The notes below the pieces were generated by a model. The model did not search any database. It was not told the origin of the DNA and was given only the letters and a program-made list of their open reading frames with translations. A program made the translations under genes and the position numbers. DNA of 64,000 nucleotides, from NCBI GenBank assembly GCA_964016885.1, contig OZ024757.1, forward strand, positions 42,470,001-42,534,000, in the 5' to 3' direction. Source of the DNA: Eledone cirrhosa. Lineage: Eukaryota. This document shows positions 30,716 to 45,519 of the stretch, one piece after another (the first letter of the stretch is position 1; each line of letters opens with the position of its first letter).

Positions 30716-31300
30716 AATTCTTTCTTTTCACCACAACACACAAATACTTTTATATTTTATTCCCAACAAATATTTCTTCCCCTATATTTCCATCAACTGT
30801 GATCTTTGTTGATTCCTTGGTAATCCAAGTTTAAGATGGAAAACTTTGCTGTTAATCTCAGTTCAGTGGAAATATTTCACAGTAATTCCACCACATATTT
30901 ATATAGTGTTGTATCTGTCTTGTATATCATCTTCATTTAGTTTTAAAAAGATGATATAAATATTGGTGAAGGATCTCAACTTAAACAATTCTCTTCAGAC
31001 AACAATGCCATCAGATATTCTGAAATAATAAAGAAACAGTATAAGATATCGAGTATATTTAAAATGTAAAGAGGCTAACAGATAGCAGGTACACACACAT
31101 ACATACATACATATATATATATATACATGTATATGTATATACATGTATATGTATATACATGTATATGTATATACATGTATATGTATATACATGAATATAT
31201 ATATACATGTATATATATATATGTGTATATATATATGTGTATATATATGTGTATATACATATGTATATATATATGTGTATATATATATGTGTATATATAT

Positions 31301-31590
31301 ATCATCATCATCATCAGGTTTAGCGTCCGTGTTCCACGCTTGCATGGGTTTGGACGGGGGTTTTCCCACTTGAGGCAAGAGTGGTTGTCTTGCTCGCATA
31401 GGACTGTCTGGGAGGTTTTCTACAGTTGGATGCCCTTCCTAACACCAACCACATTTACAGTGTGGGGCTGGGAGGTTTTTACCGTGTTGCCTACCCGGCC
31501 ACATTACAGCGTGGACTGTCTGGCGGGTTTTCTACAGCTGGATGCCCTTCCTAACACCAACCACATTTACAGTGTGGGGCTGGGAGGTTT
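31301..31590 (-). mobile_element. 3' UTR fragment of the (GAT)n-tailed RTE family
   Basis: Reverse complement of the 37200-37490 tail, with an internal duplication. Confidence 0.85.
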
Positions 31591-31591
31591 G

Positions 31592-31745
31592 TACAAACCA
31601 CCCACACCCGGATATGTCTCCGCAAACAGTAATTCTCTTCTCGAATGGGCCATGGTGCCCAAATCCTGAATTGAAAGACTTCGCCAGGTGGTGCTATTAA
31701 GTTAGACATGGCCTGGCCAAAACATTTCAAAGTTATTCAAAGTTA
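31592..31745 (+). mobile_element. CR1-like LINE 3' end
   Basis: Nearly identical to the reverse complement of 41178-41342. Ends in (ttcaaagtta)2. Confidence 0.85.
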
Positions 31746-31763
31746 TATATGTATATATATATG

Positions 31764-31795
<32 letters not shown>

Positions 31796-31876
31796 TATAT
31801 ATATGTATGTATATATATATGTATATATATATATGTATATATATATATGTATATATATATATGTATATATATATAT

Positions 31877-33790
31877 GTCTTGTACAAGGGAAAGGGTAAC
31901 AGGAATGATTGTGGGAACTACAGAGGTATATCATTGCTTTCTGTCGTGGGGAAAGTTTTATGTAGGGTGCTTCTGGACCGTCTGCTGACACACATTGCAG
32001 ATTGTGTCCTTCCTGAAAGTCAATCTGGTTTTCGTGTTGGACGCGGCACTACTGATATGATCTTCTCAGCTAGACAGCTCCAGGAGAAGTGCATTGAACA
32101 GGGCTTGGATCTGTATCAGGTTTTTGTCGATCTGACAAAGGCTTTCGATACTGTCAACAGAGATGCATTATGGAAGGTTCTCCAGAAACTTGGTTGCCCT
32201 GATAAGTTCCTTGCTTTAGTTAGGTCTTTCCATGACGACATGAAGGCTTGGGTTAATGTCGGAGGTAACATGTCGGAGCCTATCTCAGTAAAAAATGGAG
32301 TGAAACAGGGGGATATTCCAGCACCGACCCTGTTTGCCATATACTTTGCAATGGTTTTCTGTATTGCATTCAGGAATTGCGAGCATGGTGTTTACATCCG
32401 ATATCGAACCTCAGGCAGCATATTTAACATCAGGCGCTTTGCTGCGAAGACAAAAGTATTTACATCAGTCATAAGAGACCTCTTGTATGCAGATGATTGC
32501 GATCTTGTAGCGCACACAGAGAGTGATATGCAGCACATTTTGAATGTATTTTCTGACGCTTGCACTGCCCTGGGTTTGACTGTCAGTCTCAAGAAAACCG
32601 TCGTCATGTACCAACCTGCACCTGGTAGGCAGTACACTGAACCAAACATCTATGTGTATGGCAAACGACTTGGAGTGGTTGATCAGTTTGTCTACCTGGG
32701 AAGCACTGTCAATCGATACGGCAACCTTGACAGTGAAATCTCACTTAGGATTAGGAAAGCAAGTGATGCTTTCGGAAAGCTAGAAAGGCGACTCTGGGGT
32801 CGGCGAGACATATGCAGGAGGACAAAGGTAAAGGTGTACAGGGCATGTGTACTCTCTTGTCTTCTTTATGCCTGCGAGACCTGGGTCACATATCGACGCC
32901 ACCTTAAGCAATTGGAGCGTTTCCATCAGATGTGTCTCAGACGGATACATGGCGTTCGCTGGAGGGACCACATCAGTGATGTCGAGATTTTGGAAAGCTC
33001 TATGTGTGACAGTATAGAAGCTCTTGTGCTTAAGCAGCGACTCCGTTGGAGTGGTCACCTTGCCAGGATGAAGGATTCTAGAATACCAAAACAACTCTTC
33101 TATGGAGAGTTGGTTAAAGGAAAACGACCGCCACATAAACCAAAAAAGAGGTATAAGGATTCCTTGAAGGCCTCTCTGAAAGACGCTAACATCTCTGCTG
33201 ATACATGGGAAAATATTGCTGCTGATCGTAATAAATGGAGAAAGACTGTATATGAGGGAAAAGTTGCCTTTGAGGCATCTCGAATCGCACACGAGAAAGT
33301 AAAGCGGGACGTGAGAAAGGGTATTGCTGTTGCACTTCCAGACGGCGAGGGTCCTCCTATGTTTCTGACATGCAGCGTCTGTGCGAGACTCTGCCTAAGC
33401 AAAGCTGGACTCGAAAGTCATCTTCGCAGTCATAAAGTAAGACCAGTGGTTGACTACCAGGCTGCTGTTGGAGATGCTACTCATCATGCTTGCCAAACAT
33501 GTGGTAGAGAATGTAAATCAGCAGGAGGACTCAAGCGACATGCAAAAGTACACGAACTCCAACCACAGCCGACTATTCCCAGTAAATGTTTTGGTTGCCG
33601 ACTCTGTGCAAGACATTTTGGATCATTGGCTGGGCTAAAAAGCCACATTCGATCGCAGCACTGTTAGTTGCTATCGTGTGTTTGTGTGTGTGTGTGTGTG
33701 TGTGTAGATATGCTTATGTGCGTGCGTGTGTGTGTATATATATATGAATATGTATATTATTATTGTTGTTGTCGTTATTATTATTATTGC

Positions 33791-33833
<43 letters not shown>

Positions 33834-33898
33834 TTTTTTTTTTTTTTTTTTTTCTTATTGTGCAATGGCCATACTCGATAACGAGGGGGCAGCCATCA
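31877..33898 (+). mobile_element. RTE-clade (BovB-like) LINE, 5'-truncated, intact RT-to-C-terminus ORF with three C2H2 fingers
   Basis: [20 protein letters not shown]...FVDLTKAFD...GVKQGD...LLYADD...[10 protein letters not shown]; stop at 33667. The 3' UTR, broken by microsatellites, ends ggccatactcgataacgagggggcagccatc. Confidence 0.93.
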
Positions 33899-33952
33899 TA
33901 TATATATATGTATATATATATATGTATATATATATATGTATATATATATATG

Positions 33953-33983
<31 letters not shown>

Positions 33984-34235
33984 GTATATATATATATGTA
34001 TATGTATATATATATATGTATATGTATATATATATATGTATATATGTATATATATATATGTATATATATATATGTATATATGTATATATATATATGTATA
34101 TATGTATATATATATATGTATATATATATATGTATATATATATATATGTATATATATATGTGTATATATATATGTGTATATATATATGTGTATATATATA
34201 TGTGTATATATATATGTATATATATATATATGTAT

Positions 34236-37200
34236 AAAACGATGTTATAAGCTTTTCTGGGTGGGAAACGACGATGGGCTGGGTGGAGTAGGAATCATGG
34301 TAGCAGAAAAGTGGGCAGATAAGATAATAGACGTAAATAGAGTGAACGACAGAATAATTAAAATACGACTTGTCCTCAATAGAACTACGGTGACAGTAAT
34401 ATCTGCGTATGCACCCCAATCCGGACTGCCCGGCACTATAAAAGACAGATTCTATGAGACACTGATGCTCACTACCTCCCAAATATCTGACAGTGACTAT
34501 ATAATTATTGCAGGCGACCTAAATGGTCACGTTGGGCAACATTGTGACGGCTACGACGAAATCCATGGAGGCTATGGGTTTGGTACTAGAAATGAGGAAG
34601 GCTCCAGAATCCTGGAATTCTGTGATGCAAATAACCTAACTATCTGTAACACTAACTTCAAAAAACGTGACAATCACCTGATCACCTATAGATCCAGGGA
34701 ACACACAAGCCAGGTAGATTACATCCTTACCAGAAGACGTGACAGAGTGTCTGTTGTAAACACTAAATCCCTCCCCCATGAAGAATGCACCTCCCAACAT
34801 AGACTGATAATTAGCGACCTCATAGTCAGGACGAGACGTACTCGACAGCAGAAGAGGACTATCCTCAGGAGAAAAATATGGAAGCTAAAGGACCCCACAG
34901 CCAAAAATAAATTTCAAAACATATTACTTGATGCTTTCGACAGTAAGGAAGAACATTTAGAGTCGGACAATATAGAGGGACAGTGGGAATTTCTGAAAGC
35001 AAACCTGCTGTTGGCGACAGACGAAGTCTGTGGCTGGAGCAGGCCTGTAGGCAGGAGGAGAGTAACATGGTGGTGGAACAGTAAGGTGGAGGGGTCAATT
35101 AAGGCCAAAAAGCAGGCTTGGAAAGTATGGCGGGATGGGGGAAGTAGAGTAGACTATCAAGTGGCCAGGAGGGAAGCTAGGAGAGAAGTGTACTTAGCAA
35201 GAATGGAAGCTGAGGAAAGAAAGTTCAAGCATGTCCTACAACGCGATGACCAAAAACGTGAGGTGTTCAGGATTGCTAGGCAATGCGTCAAGGAAAACCG
35301 TGATATTGTCGGAGAGAAGTGTGTACTTAACGATGATGGCATACTTGCCATCACCGACACTGATAAGAAGGTAGCTTGGAAGTGTCACTATGAAAGGCTA
35401 CTAAATGAGGAGAATAAATGGGAGAAAGACAGTCTCCCCCATGTCGACCCAATAGAGGGACCAGCAGTGTTAGTCGAGGGGAGTATAATAAGTAAGGCAA
35501 TCAAGGATATGAAGACAGGTAAGGCGGCTGGGCCTTCGGAAATAGTTGCTGAGATGCTGAAGGCATCTGGCACGGTGGGACACACCATGGTCACCCGCAT
35601 AGTTAACCAAGTCGTACAGAATGGGGTTGTTCCGAAGGACTGGCATAGCAGCATCATCGTTAACTGTTATAAGGGTAAAGGAGACGCCCTAGATAGGAGT
35701 AACTATAGAGGCATTAAATTAATCGACCAGGTCATGAAGGTCACGGAAAAAGTAATAGCGCAACTAATCAGAGAGAGAATTGACCTAGATGAAATGCAGT
35801 TCGGGTTTGTGTCAGGCAAAAGTACCACAGACGCTCTTTTCATAGTACGACAACTACAGGAGAAGTTCCTAGCTAAAGGTAAACCCCTCTACTTAGCTTT
35901 TGTCGACTTGGAGAAAGCCTTCGACAGAGTCCCCCGCTCCATTATCTGGTGGGCTCTTAGAAAACTAGGCGTTGACGAATGGCTTGTGAGGGCTATACAA
36001 GCCATGTATAAAGAAACAGTCAGCAAGGTTAGAATTAACAACGAATATAGTGAAGAGTTTAGCGTAAAAGTTGGCGTCCATCAGGGCTCTGTTCTCAGCC
36101 CCCTACTATTTATTATTGCCCTTCAGGCTATAACAGAGGAGTTCAAGACAGGCTGCCCATGGGAACTCCTATACGCAGACGACCTGACACTCATAGCGGA
36201 ATCAATGGCCGAGCTAGAGAAGAAATTCCAAACATGGAAGCACGGCCTAGAGTCAAAAGGACTTAAAATTAACCTGGCTAAGACCAAAGTTCTAGTTTGT
36301 AGGAAAGAAAACAAGGCGGCGGTCCCTTCTGGGAAATGGTCGTGCTCGGTGTGTAGGAAAGGCGTAGGTAGAAACTCCATTTTATGTCCTAAATGCAAAG
36401 TATGGGTGCATAAAAGATGTAGTGGGATCACAGGTAAGCTAACTAAGAACATAGATTTTACATGTGGCCGGTGTTCTGGTGCAATAAGTAGCAGCAAGTG
36501 CCCACAAAATACTAGCTCTTTCAATTGCGCAGAGGGTTCTATAGAAATAGTGGAGAGCTTCCGTTACCTGGGCGATAAAATCAGCAGTGGGGGAGGGTGC
36601 TCTGAAAGTACTGTAGCTAGAGTCAGAACTGGTTGGAAAAAGTTCAGAGAGCTTATACCACTATTAACTGCTAAAGGGTTCTCCCTAAAAATGAAAGGCA
36701 GGTTGTACGATGCCTGCATACGAACAGCAATGTTGCATGGCAGTGAGACCTGGGCATTGTGTGCAGAGGATATACGCAGACTAGAGAGGAACGAAGCTTG
36801 CATGCTCCGCTGGATGTGTAACAGTAATATACGTGAACGGCAAAGCATAAACGAACTAAGGAAAAAATTAGAGATAAGAGGGATCAGATGTTGTTTACTC
36901 GAGAGAAGGCTACGTTGGTATGGACACGTGATGCGCATGAAAGTCGATAGCTGTATAACAAAGTGCAGGGCAATAAAGATAGACGGTAGCCACGGAATAG
37001 GCAGACCTAGAAAAACCTGGGACGAGCTGATAAACTCCGACCTCACACACTTACACCTCTCCAAGACAATGTCACTGGACCGAGACCTTTGGCGGTACTC
37101 AGTAACAGAGAAGACCCGCCTTGCCAGTAGGCATCTCTAACAAAATACACCCCGTCCCGCCACCACCCCCACCCATCCACACCACCCCGTCCTATGTAAA

Positions 37201-37490
37201 GTTATGTTGGTGCCGCGCCATCCAGGCCGAAACAAATGAGATCGTGTAGGTGTCACGACAAAAAAACACACAGTCCACGCTGTAATGTGGCCGTGTAGGC
37301 AACACGGTAAAAACCTCCCAGACCCACACTGTAAATGTGGTTGGTGTAGAAAGGGCATCCAACTGTAGAAAACCTGCCAGACAGTCCTATGCGAGCAAGA
37401 CAATCACTCTTGCCTCAAGTGGGACTACCCCCGTCCAAACCCATGCAAGCGTGGAACACGGACGTTAAACGTTGATGATGATGATGATGA
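34236..37490 (+). mobile_element. RTE-clade LINE, near-complete APE-RT ORF with PHD-like insert and (GAT)n tail
   Basis: Stop-free ORF to 37140: APE motifs ([29 protein letters not shown]) and RT ([25 protein letters not shown]). 3' UTR ends in gatgatgat. The 5' end abuts a TA tract. Confidence 0.95.
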
Positions 37491-37984
37491 TATATATATG
37501 TATATATATATATGTATATATATATATATGTATATACATATGTGTATATATATATATATGTGTATATATATATGTGTATATATATATACATATGTATATA
37601 TATGTGTATATATATATATATATACATATGTATATATATATATGTATGTATATATGTATGTATATATGTATGTATATATGTATATATGTATGTATATATG
37701 TATATATATATGTATGTATATATATATATATGTATATATATATATGTATATGTATATATGTGTATATATATGTGTATATATATGTGTATATATATGTGTA
37801 TATATATGTGTATATATATATGTGTATATATATATGTGTATATATATATGTGTATATATATGTATATATATATATGTATATATATATATGTATATATATA
37901 TATGTATATATATATATGTATATATATATATGTATATATATATATGTATATATATATATGTATATATATATGTATATATATATG

Positions 37985-38015
<31 letters not shown>

Positions 38016-38062
38016 GTATATGTATATATATATATATGTATATATATATGTATATATATATG

Positions 38063-38157
<95 letters not shown>

Positions 38158-38333
38158 GTATATATATATGTATATATATATGTATATATATATGTATATA
38201 TATATATGTATATATATATGTATATATATATATGTATATATATATATGTATATATATATATGTATATATATGTATATATATATGTATATATATATATGTA
38301 TATATATATGTGTATATATATATGTATATATAT

Positions 38334-38366
<33 letters not shown>

Positions 38367-38370
38367 TATA

Positions 38371-38417
<47 letters not shown>

Positions 38418-38816
38418 ATATATGTATATATATATATGTATGTATATATGTATGTATATATGTATGTATATATATATGTATATATGTATGTATATATATA
38501 TGTATATATGTATGTATATATATATGTATATATGTATGTATATATATATGTATATATGTATGTATATATATATGTATATATGTATGTATATATATATGTA
38601 TATATGTATGTATATATGTATGTATATATATATGTATATATGTATGTATATATATATGTATATATGTATGTATATATATATGTATATATGTATGTATATA
38701 TATATATATATGTATGTATATATGTATGTATATATATATGTATGTATATATATATGTATATATGTATGTATATATATATGTATATATATATGTATATATG
38801 TATGTATATATATATG

Positions 38817-38856
<40 letters not shown>

Positions 38857-39240
38857 TATGTATGTATATATATATATATGTATGTATGTATATATATATG
38901 TATGTATATATATATATGTATGTATATATATATATGTATGTATATATATATATGTATGTATATATATATATGTATGTATATATATATATGTATGTATATA
39001 TATATATATGTATGTATATATATATATGTATGTATATATATATATGTATGTATATATATATATATGTATGTATATATATATATGTATGTATATATATATA
39101 TATATGTATGTATATATATATATGTATGTATATATATATATATATGTATGTATATATATATATGTATGTATGTATATATATATATATGTATATATGTATG
39201 TATATATATATATATGTATATATGTATGTATATATATATG
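37490..39240. repeat. Long (TA)n/(TATG)n compound microsatellite; similar tracts at 39855-40643 and 41932-43118
   Basis: Directly visible. Confidence 0.97.
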
Positions 39241-39853
39241 TTATGTCAGGTCACCAGTTGGTGCTACTGGTAACATGTATCCCAGTACAACCTATGTCAT
39301 GGTCGGGTCGTTGGCGACTAAACTGGCAACCCCACCAAGGTTTCTTGGTGAGGAGGGTGACTTTGGACATCCTGCAGAACTAAAAACAAAACCTGTCAAA
39401 GGGCAAAGGAGCTCTTAAGAGTCAATGGCCATCCAAAATCACCGGGAGAGATGACCCCTTAGCCTTTGTCAAGGCAGAATTCTAGGAGAAGGAAAACTCT
39501 GATATAACACCTGCAACCCTGATGGTATCCAATGATGTTGATTTGTTCTTCTTTTTGGTAAATATCATCTTGGTTAAGAGAGTGGGACTGGCTTTGTGCA
39601 GTGCCTTTGCTCACTATAAAAGCTTCACGGCACAGGCATTGCTTTGTATCTGGAGATCTCTCTGCACTTGTCGTCACATGGTACCATGGGCCCAGCACTA
39701 TGTGACAATAATTGTCACAAGTGTAGTGTTTGTACCAGAGTTTTCAAGTCGCTGGCTGGACTAAAAAGTCACACTCGTTCAGCTCATCGGTAGGGGTTCT
39801 CCTACATGGATATAAAGTAGTGGCCGTACTCGAAAACGAGTTGGCAGCCACCA
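39241..39853 (+). mobile_element. Bipartite/deleted RTE-related element
   Basis: The 5' part resembles an RTE 5' UTR (ctaggagaaggaaaactctga). The 3' part encodes [23 protein letters not shown] and ends in a tail like that at 33866-33898. Confidence 0.6.
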
Positions 39854-40054
39854 TATATATATCTATATATGTATGTATATGTATGTATGTATATGTATGT
39901 ATGTATATATATGTATATATATGTATATATATGTATGTATGTATATATATGTATGTATGTATATATATGTATGTATGTATATATATATATATATGTATGT
40001 ATATATATATATGTATGTATATATATATATGTATGTATATATATATATGTATGT

Positions 40055-40113
<59 letters not shown>

Positions 40114-40122
40114 TATGTATGT

Positions 40123-40163
<41 letters not shown>

Positions 40164-40282
40164 TATGTATGTATATATATATATGTATATATATATATGT
40201 ATATATATATATGTATGTATATATATATATGTATGTATATATATATATGTATGTATATATATATATGTATGTATATATATGT

Positions 40283-40392
<110 letters not shown>

Positions 40393-40539
40393 GTATATAT
40401 ATATATGTATGTATATATATATATATGTATGTATATATATATATATGTATGTATATATATATGTATATATATATGTATATATATATATATGTATATATAT
40501 ATGTATATATATATGTATATATATATGTATATATATATG

Positions 40540-40612
<73 letters not shown>

Positions 40613-40644
40613 GTATATATATATGTATATATATATGTATATAT

Positions 40645-40780
40645 GGAGGCACATGGCTTAGTGGTTAGAGCATTGGCCTTGCAATCGAAAGGTTGTGAGT
40701 TCAATTCTCAGACCGGGTGATGTGTTGTTTCCTTGAGCAAGACACTTTATTTCACATTGCTCCAGTTTACTCAGCTGTAG
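40645..40780 (+). mobile_element. tRNA-derived SINE family 2 (CORE-like)
   Basis: ggcacatggcttagtggttagag...gagttcaattc...ccttgagcaagacactttatttcacattgctccag. Related copies at about 11881-12000 (+), 27950-28290 (-, internally repeated) and 49440-49582 (-). Confidence 0.8.
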
Positions 40781-41031
40781 AAATGAGATGATAGGGAGTG
40801 GGGTCCATATCATTCCACTGCAAAGTGGTCGTGCAGGTGCCACGGCAAAAAAGCACCCAGCACTCACTGTAAATGAGGTTGGTGTTAGGAAGGGCATACA
40901 GCTGTAGAAATCAAGCCAGAATCAGTTGCCGTCCCACCCTTGCAAGCAGGGAAAAAGCGGACGTCAAATGAAATGATGAAATGATGATATATATGTATAT
41001 ATATATGTATATGTATATATATATGTATATA

Positions 41032-41080
<49 letters not shown>

Positions 41081-41113
41081 GTATATATATATATATATAT
41101 ATACATGTATATA

Positions 41114-41160
<47 letters not shown>

Positions 41161-41177
41161 GTATATATATATGTATA

Positions 41178-41928
41178 TAACTTTGAATAACTTTGAAATG
41201 TTTTGGCCAGTATTGGCCCAGGCCATGTCTAACTTAATAGCACCACCTGGCGAAGTCTTTCAATTCAGGATTTGGGCACCATGGCCCATTCGAGAAGAGA
41301 ATTACTGTTTGCGGAGACATATCCGGGTGTGGGTGGTTTGTCCGGGATTACTTGGAGGAATTTGTCCAAAGACTTCTTGAATTTTGTGTGGTCAGTTTCT
41401 GTTTTGACGTGTCCTGGTGTGATGTTGAAGAGAGCAGGGCCGATTGAGGTGAAATAATTGTGCCGTATTGTTGTTATGAGTTGCGATTTAGATTTTTGAA
41501 TGGGACGGATAGCACGGGGCCCAAGCCTTGGGTGTATCTTGAAGGCGGTGCCAACATCATTTGGGCAGTGATGATGGAACATTTTCCACATCATGCAGAT
41601 AATATAACGCTCACGGCGACGTTGGAGTGAGTAAAGTTTCAGGTTTTCTAATCGACCCCAGTAGTCAAGGTCTGACATGCCATCTATCTTTTTCGTGATT
41701 GCCCTTTGAGGAGCTTCAAGTTTCATGATACTTTGTTTCGTGTGGGGAGACCACAGTGGACAACAGTATTCAAGGTGTGGTCGGGCGAAAGTAGAGAAGA
41801 GAAGGATAATGGTGCGGGAATCTCTCGACTGGAAGGTTCTGAGGATCCAGGAACACATTCTGCGGGCCATGTCAACTTTGCTGCTTATATGCGTGGTCCA
41901 GCTTATGTTGCTGTCCACGGTTACTCCC

Positions 41929-41931
<3 letters not shown>
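41178..41931 (-). mobile_element. CR1-clade LINE, 5'-truncated
   Basis: [14 protein letters not shown]...[13 protein letters not shown]...[12 protein letters not shown] is the typical CR1-type post-RT region. Stop-free and flanked by TA tracts. Confidence 0.88.
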
Positions 41932-41960
<29 letters not shown>

Positions 41961-42043
41961 GTGTATACATATATATATACATATATACATATATATATAC
42001 ATACATATATACATACATATATATGTATATGTATATATATATG

Positions 42044-42112
<69 letters not shown>

Positions 42113-42271
42113 GTATATATATATATGTATATATATATATGTATATATATATATATGTGTATATATATATATATGTGTATATATATATATATGTGTATAT
42201 ATATATATATGTGTGTATTTATATATATGTGTATATATATATATATATGTGTATATATATATGTATATATA

Positions 42272-42304
<33 letters not shown>

Positions 42305-42331
42305 ATATATATATATATATGTATATATATG

Positions 42332-42382
<51 letters not shown>

Positions 42383-42391
42383 GTATATATG

Positions 42392-42436
<45 letters not shown>

Positions 42437-42437
42437 G

Positions 42438-42486
<49 letters not shown>

Positions 42487-42487
42487 G

Positions 42488-42576
<89 letters not shown>

Positions 42577-42591
42577 GTATATATATATATG

Positions 42592-42622
<31 letters not shown>

Positions 42623-42661
42623 GTATATATATATGTATATATATATGTATATATATATATG

Positions 42662-42710
<49 letters not shown>

Positions 42711-42711
42711 G

Positions 42712-42758
<47 letters not shown>

Positions 42759-42929
42759 GTATATATATATATGTGTATATATATATATGTATATATATAT
42801 ATGTATATATATATGTATATATATATGTATATATATATGTATATATATATGTATATATATATATGTATATGTATATATATATATGTATATATATGTATAT
42901 ATATGTATATATATATATGTATATATATG

Positions 42930-42964
<35 letters not shown>

Positions 42965-42991
42965 GTATATATATATATATGTATATATATG

Positions 42992-43022
<31 letters not shown>

Positions 43023-43563
43023 GTATATATATGTATATATATATATATGTATATATATATGTATATATATATATATGTATATATATATGTATATATATAT
43101 GTATATATATATATGTATAGTTGATTAGTTTAAGAGAAGTTCGAAGATAATAGTAAGATATGCACTCAGTATTTTGAATCTGTCTGCAGAATTCTCTAGA
43201 CCTTTGTCACTTAGTAGAACCTTAATGATTTTAGCTTTTAAAGAATCTCCCTTTTCTTTAATTCTATCGACCATGACTGACCCCCCACTGATTTTATAGA
43301 CATCTGTTAGCTTAAGAGAAACTTAATGACAAGGAATGGTATGCCATCCGGAACCTGTTTATAGAATTCTGTCTGCCCTTGTTACTCTAAAAACATAAAT
43401 AAATAAAAATAAAAATAAAATATAGCTTTGTAGAATTAGCTTTTAATGAATTCCCTTTTCTATCAACCAATGACCTGCACCTATCCCACTCCCCACCTAC
43501 CACTTGTAGAGACCTATAAATACCATATTTATTTTTTGATACCCAGATTCCTGATGATTTCTA

Positions 43564-44105
43564 ATGCCACCTCACTTATTCCCTGAGGGCCTCAAGCTGA
43601 ACATCGATGGCTACATCCGCCTTCTGAGCGAGGTAGTAAAGCCCTGGATTGACCAGGTAGCTGCAGGTAGGCCGTACGTGTGGCAGCAAGACTCAGCGCC
43701 CTGCCATACCAGCCGAAAGACCCAAGCCTGGCTGTCAGAGAACTTTGTCGACCACACTTCACCTGACCACTGGCCTCCCAGCTCGCCTGACTGCAACCCC
43801 CTCGACTTCTTTGTGAGGGGCGCAGTGGAACGAGACACCAACAGATCTAGCTGCAATACGAAAGAAGATCTGAAGGACAGGATCACAAGTGCCTTTAGGG
43901 GCCTAAGTCGGGGGACAGTGACGAAGGCCTGTAGCCGGTTTTGAGGCCGCCATCAAAGCCAATGGCAGTTTTATCGAGTGAGATCGAAAGAACAAGTCAT
44001 GAAGACAAACTGACCCAAGTTTGATAAATATATCTTAAAAAATAAAACTACTGTTTTATTTTCTCCTAGACAGTAATCTTGCGAAAAAATATCGTCCGCA
44101 CTCTG
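43564..44105 (+). mobile_element. Tc1/mariner (maT, DD37D) transposon remnant
   Basis: WQQDSAPCH...WPPSSPDCNPLD with 37 residues between the catalytic Asp residues. Candidate right TIR ends ...cgcactctg|TA. Confidence 0.88.
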
Positions 44106-44359
44106 TATATGTGTGTATATATATATATACTTACTACGGTACGTCTGTATACATATCTGTATGCATGTATACATACATACATACTTATATATATATGTAT
44201 ATATTTTAACCTGTAATCCATGTTTCCTTTCTGTTGCACCTCATTTCACCCCCTCTCTCTATCTGTGATATTTGAATCTACTTTGTCTATATATATCGAA
44301 ATATATATAGCAGTAAATAAAGGATTATGAGTTCATGCAATTGACTTATGTTTCGTCAC

Positions 44360-44438
<79 letters not shown>

Positions 44439-44855
44439 ATGTGTATGGTGGCACGTCACTATTTTGATTTCTGTTGATATTAAGAGACAAGGGGAATAAC
44501 AAAAATTTAGAATGGAGTATGACAAGGAAATCGAAATAGTGAAACTATTTAGATGACAGGTTACCTCAAGTATTCAAAGTTTTAAAACTCAAATATGTGT
44601 GCATATGTATATATATATATATATAGTATGTGTGGATCGGAAGGCACTCCGTCGGTTACGACGACGAATGCTCCAGTTGATACGATCAACGGTATACCCT
44701 GTTCGTGAAACTAACGTGCAAGTGGCTGAGCATTCCACAAACATGCGATCCTTAACGCAGTTCTCAGGGAGATTCCGTGTGAACTGAGCAAGACACTTTA
44801 TATATATATATAAGTTTAAACGATACATATCACTTGAGAAACTACTAGTATTTTG

Positions 44856-44890
<35 letters not shown>

Positions 44891-45003
44891 ACATATATAT
44901 ACAGAGTGCCACCAAAAAATGTATACATACTTTGATTACCTGTACAGGCAATATTTATTAGGATGCTGTTGAAGTGTGTATACATTTTGGGGACACACAC
45001 TCA

Positions 45004-45112
<109 letters not shown>

Positions 45113-45519
45113 TAGATACATCTATACACAGTGTAGATGTTTATGTAAATATAAATATATCAATTTAGAGCCAACAAGGAAAATATTTCAAGAAATGAAA
45201 CAATTTAAAGTCAGACAAAACAACGATAGATTCTTATAGAAATAATTCTAAATATTTTATTACAAACCTTCGTTTATATATTCACCGTCCACATAATAAA
45301 GACAGCTGTAATGATTTCTTTCCACGGTTAATTAGTGGTCTTTAATACAATTAACTGTATTTGTTAAATATTCCGTGAAAATATAATAAATAAAGATGTT
45401 TATATAAATTAAACAACAGGAAGAAATTAATTGAGAAATGGTGTGAATTGTTAGGGGAGGTAACTGTGGCTGTCTTATGATCCTTTTTACATCCTGTCTA
45501 AATATAGTTTGTATCGACC

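Noticed and set aside
31787-31876. N-terminal extensions of the two LINE ORFs (also 33763-34235)
   Set aside because: Read-through from flanking microsatellite; not part of the elements.
40645-40720. tRNA gene-like A/B boxes
   Set aside because: These are SINE heads followed by SINE core sequence; no complete cloverleaf.
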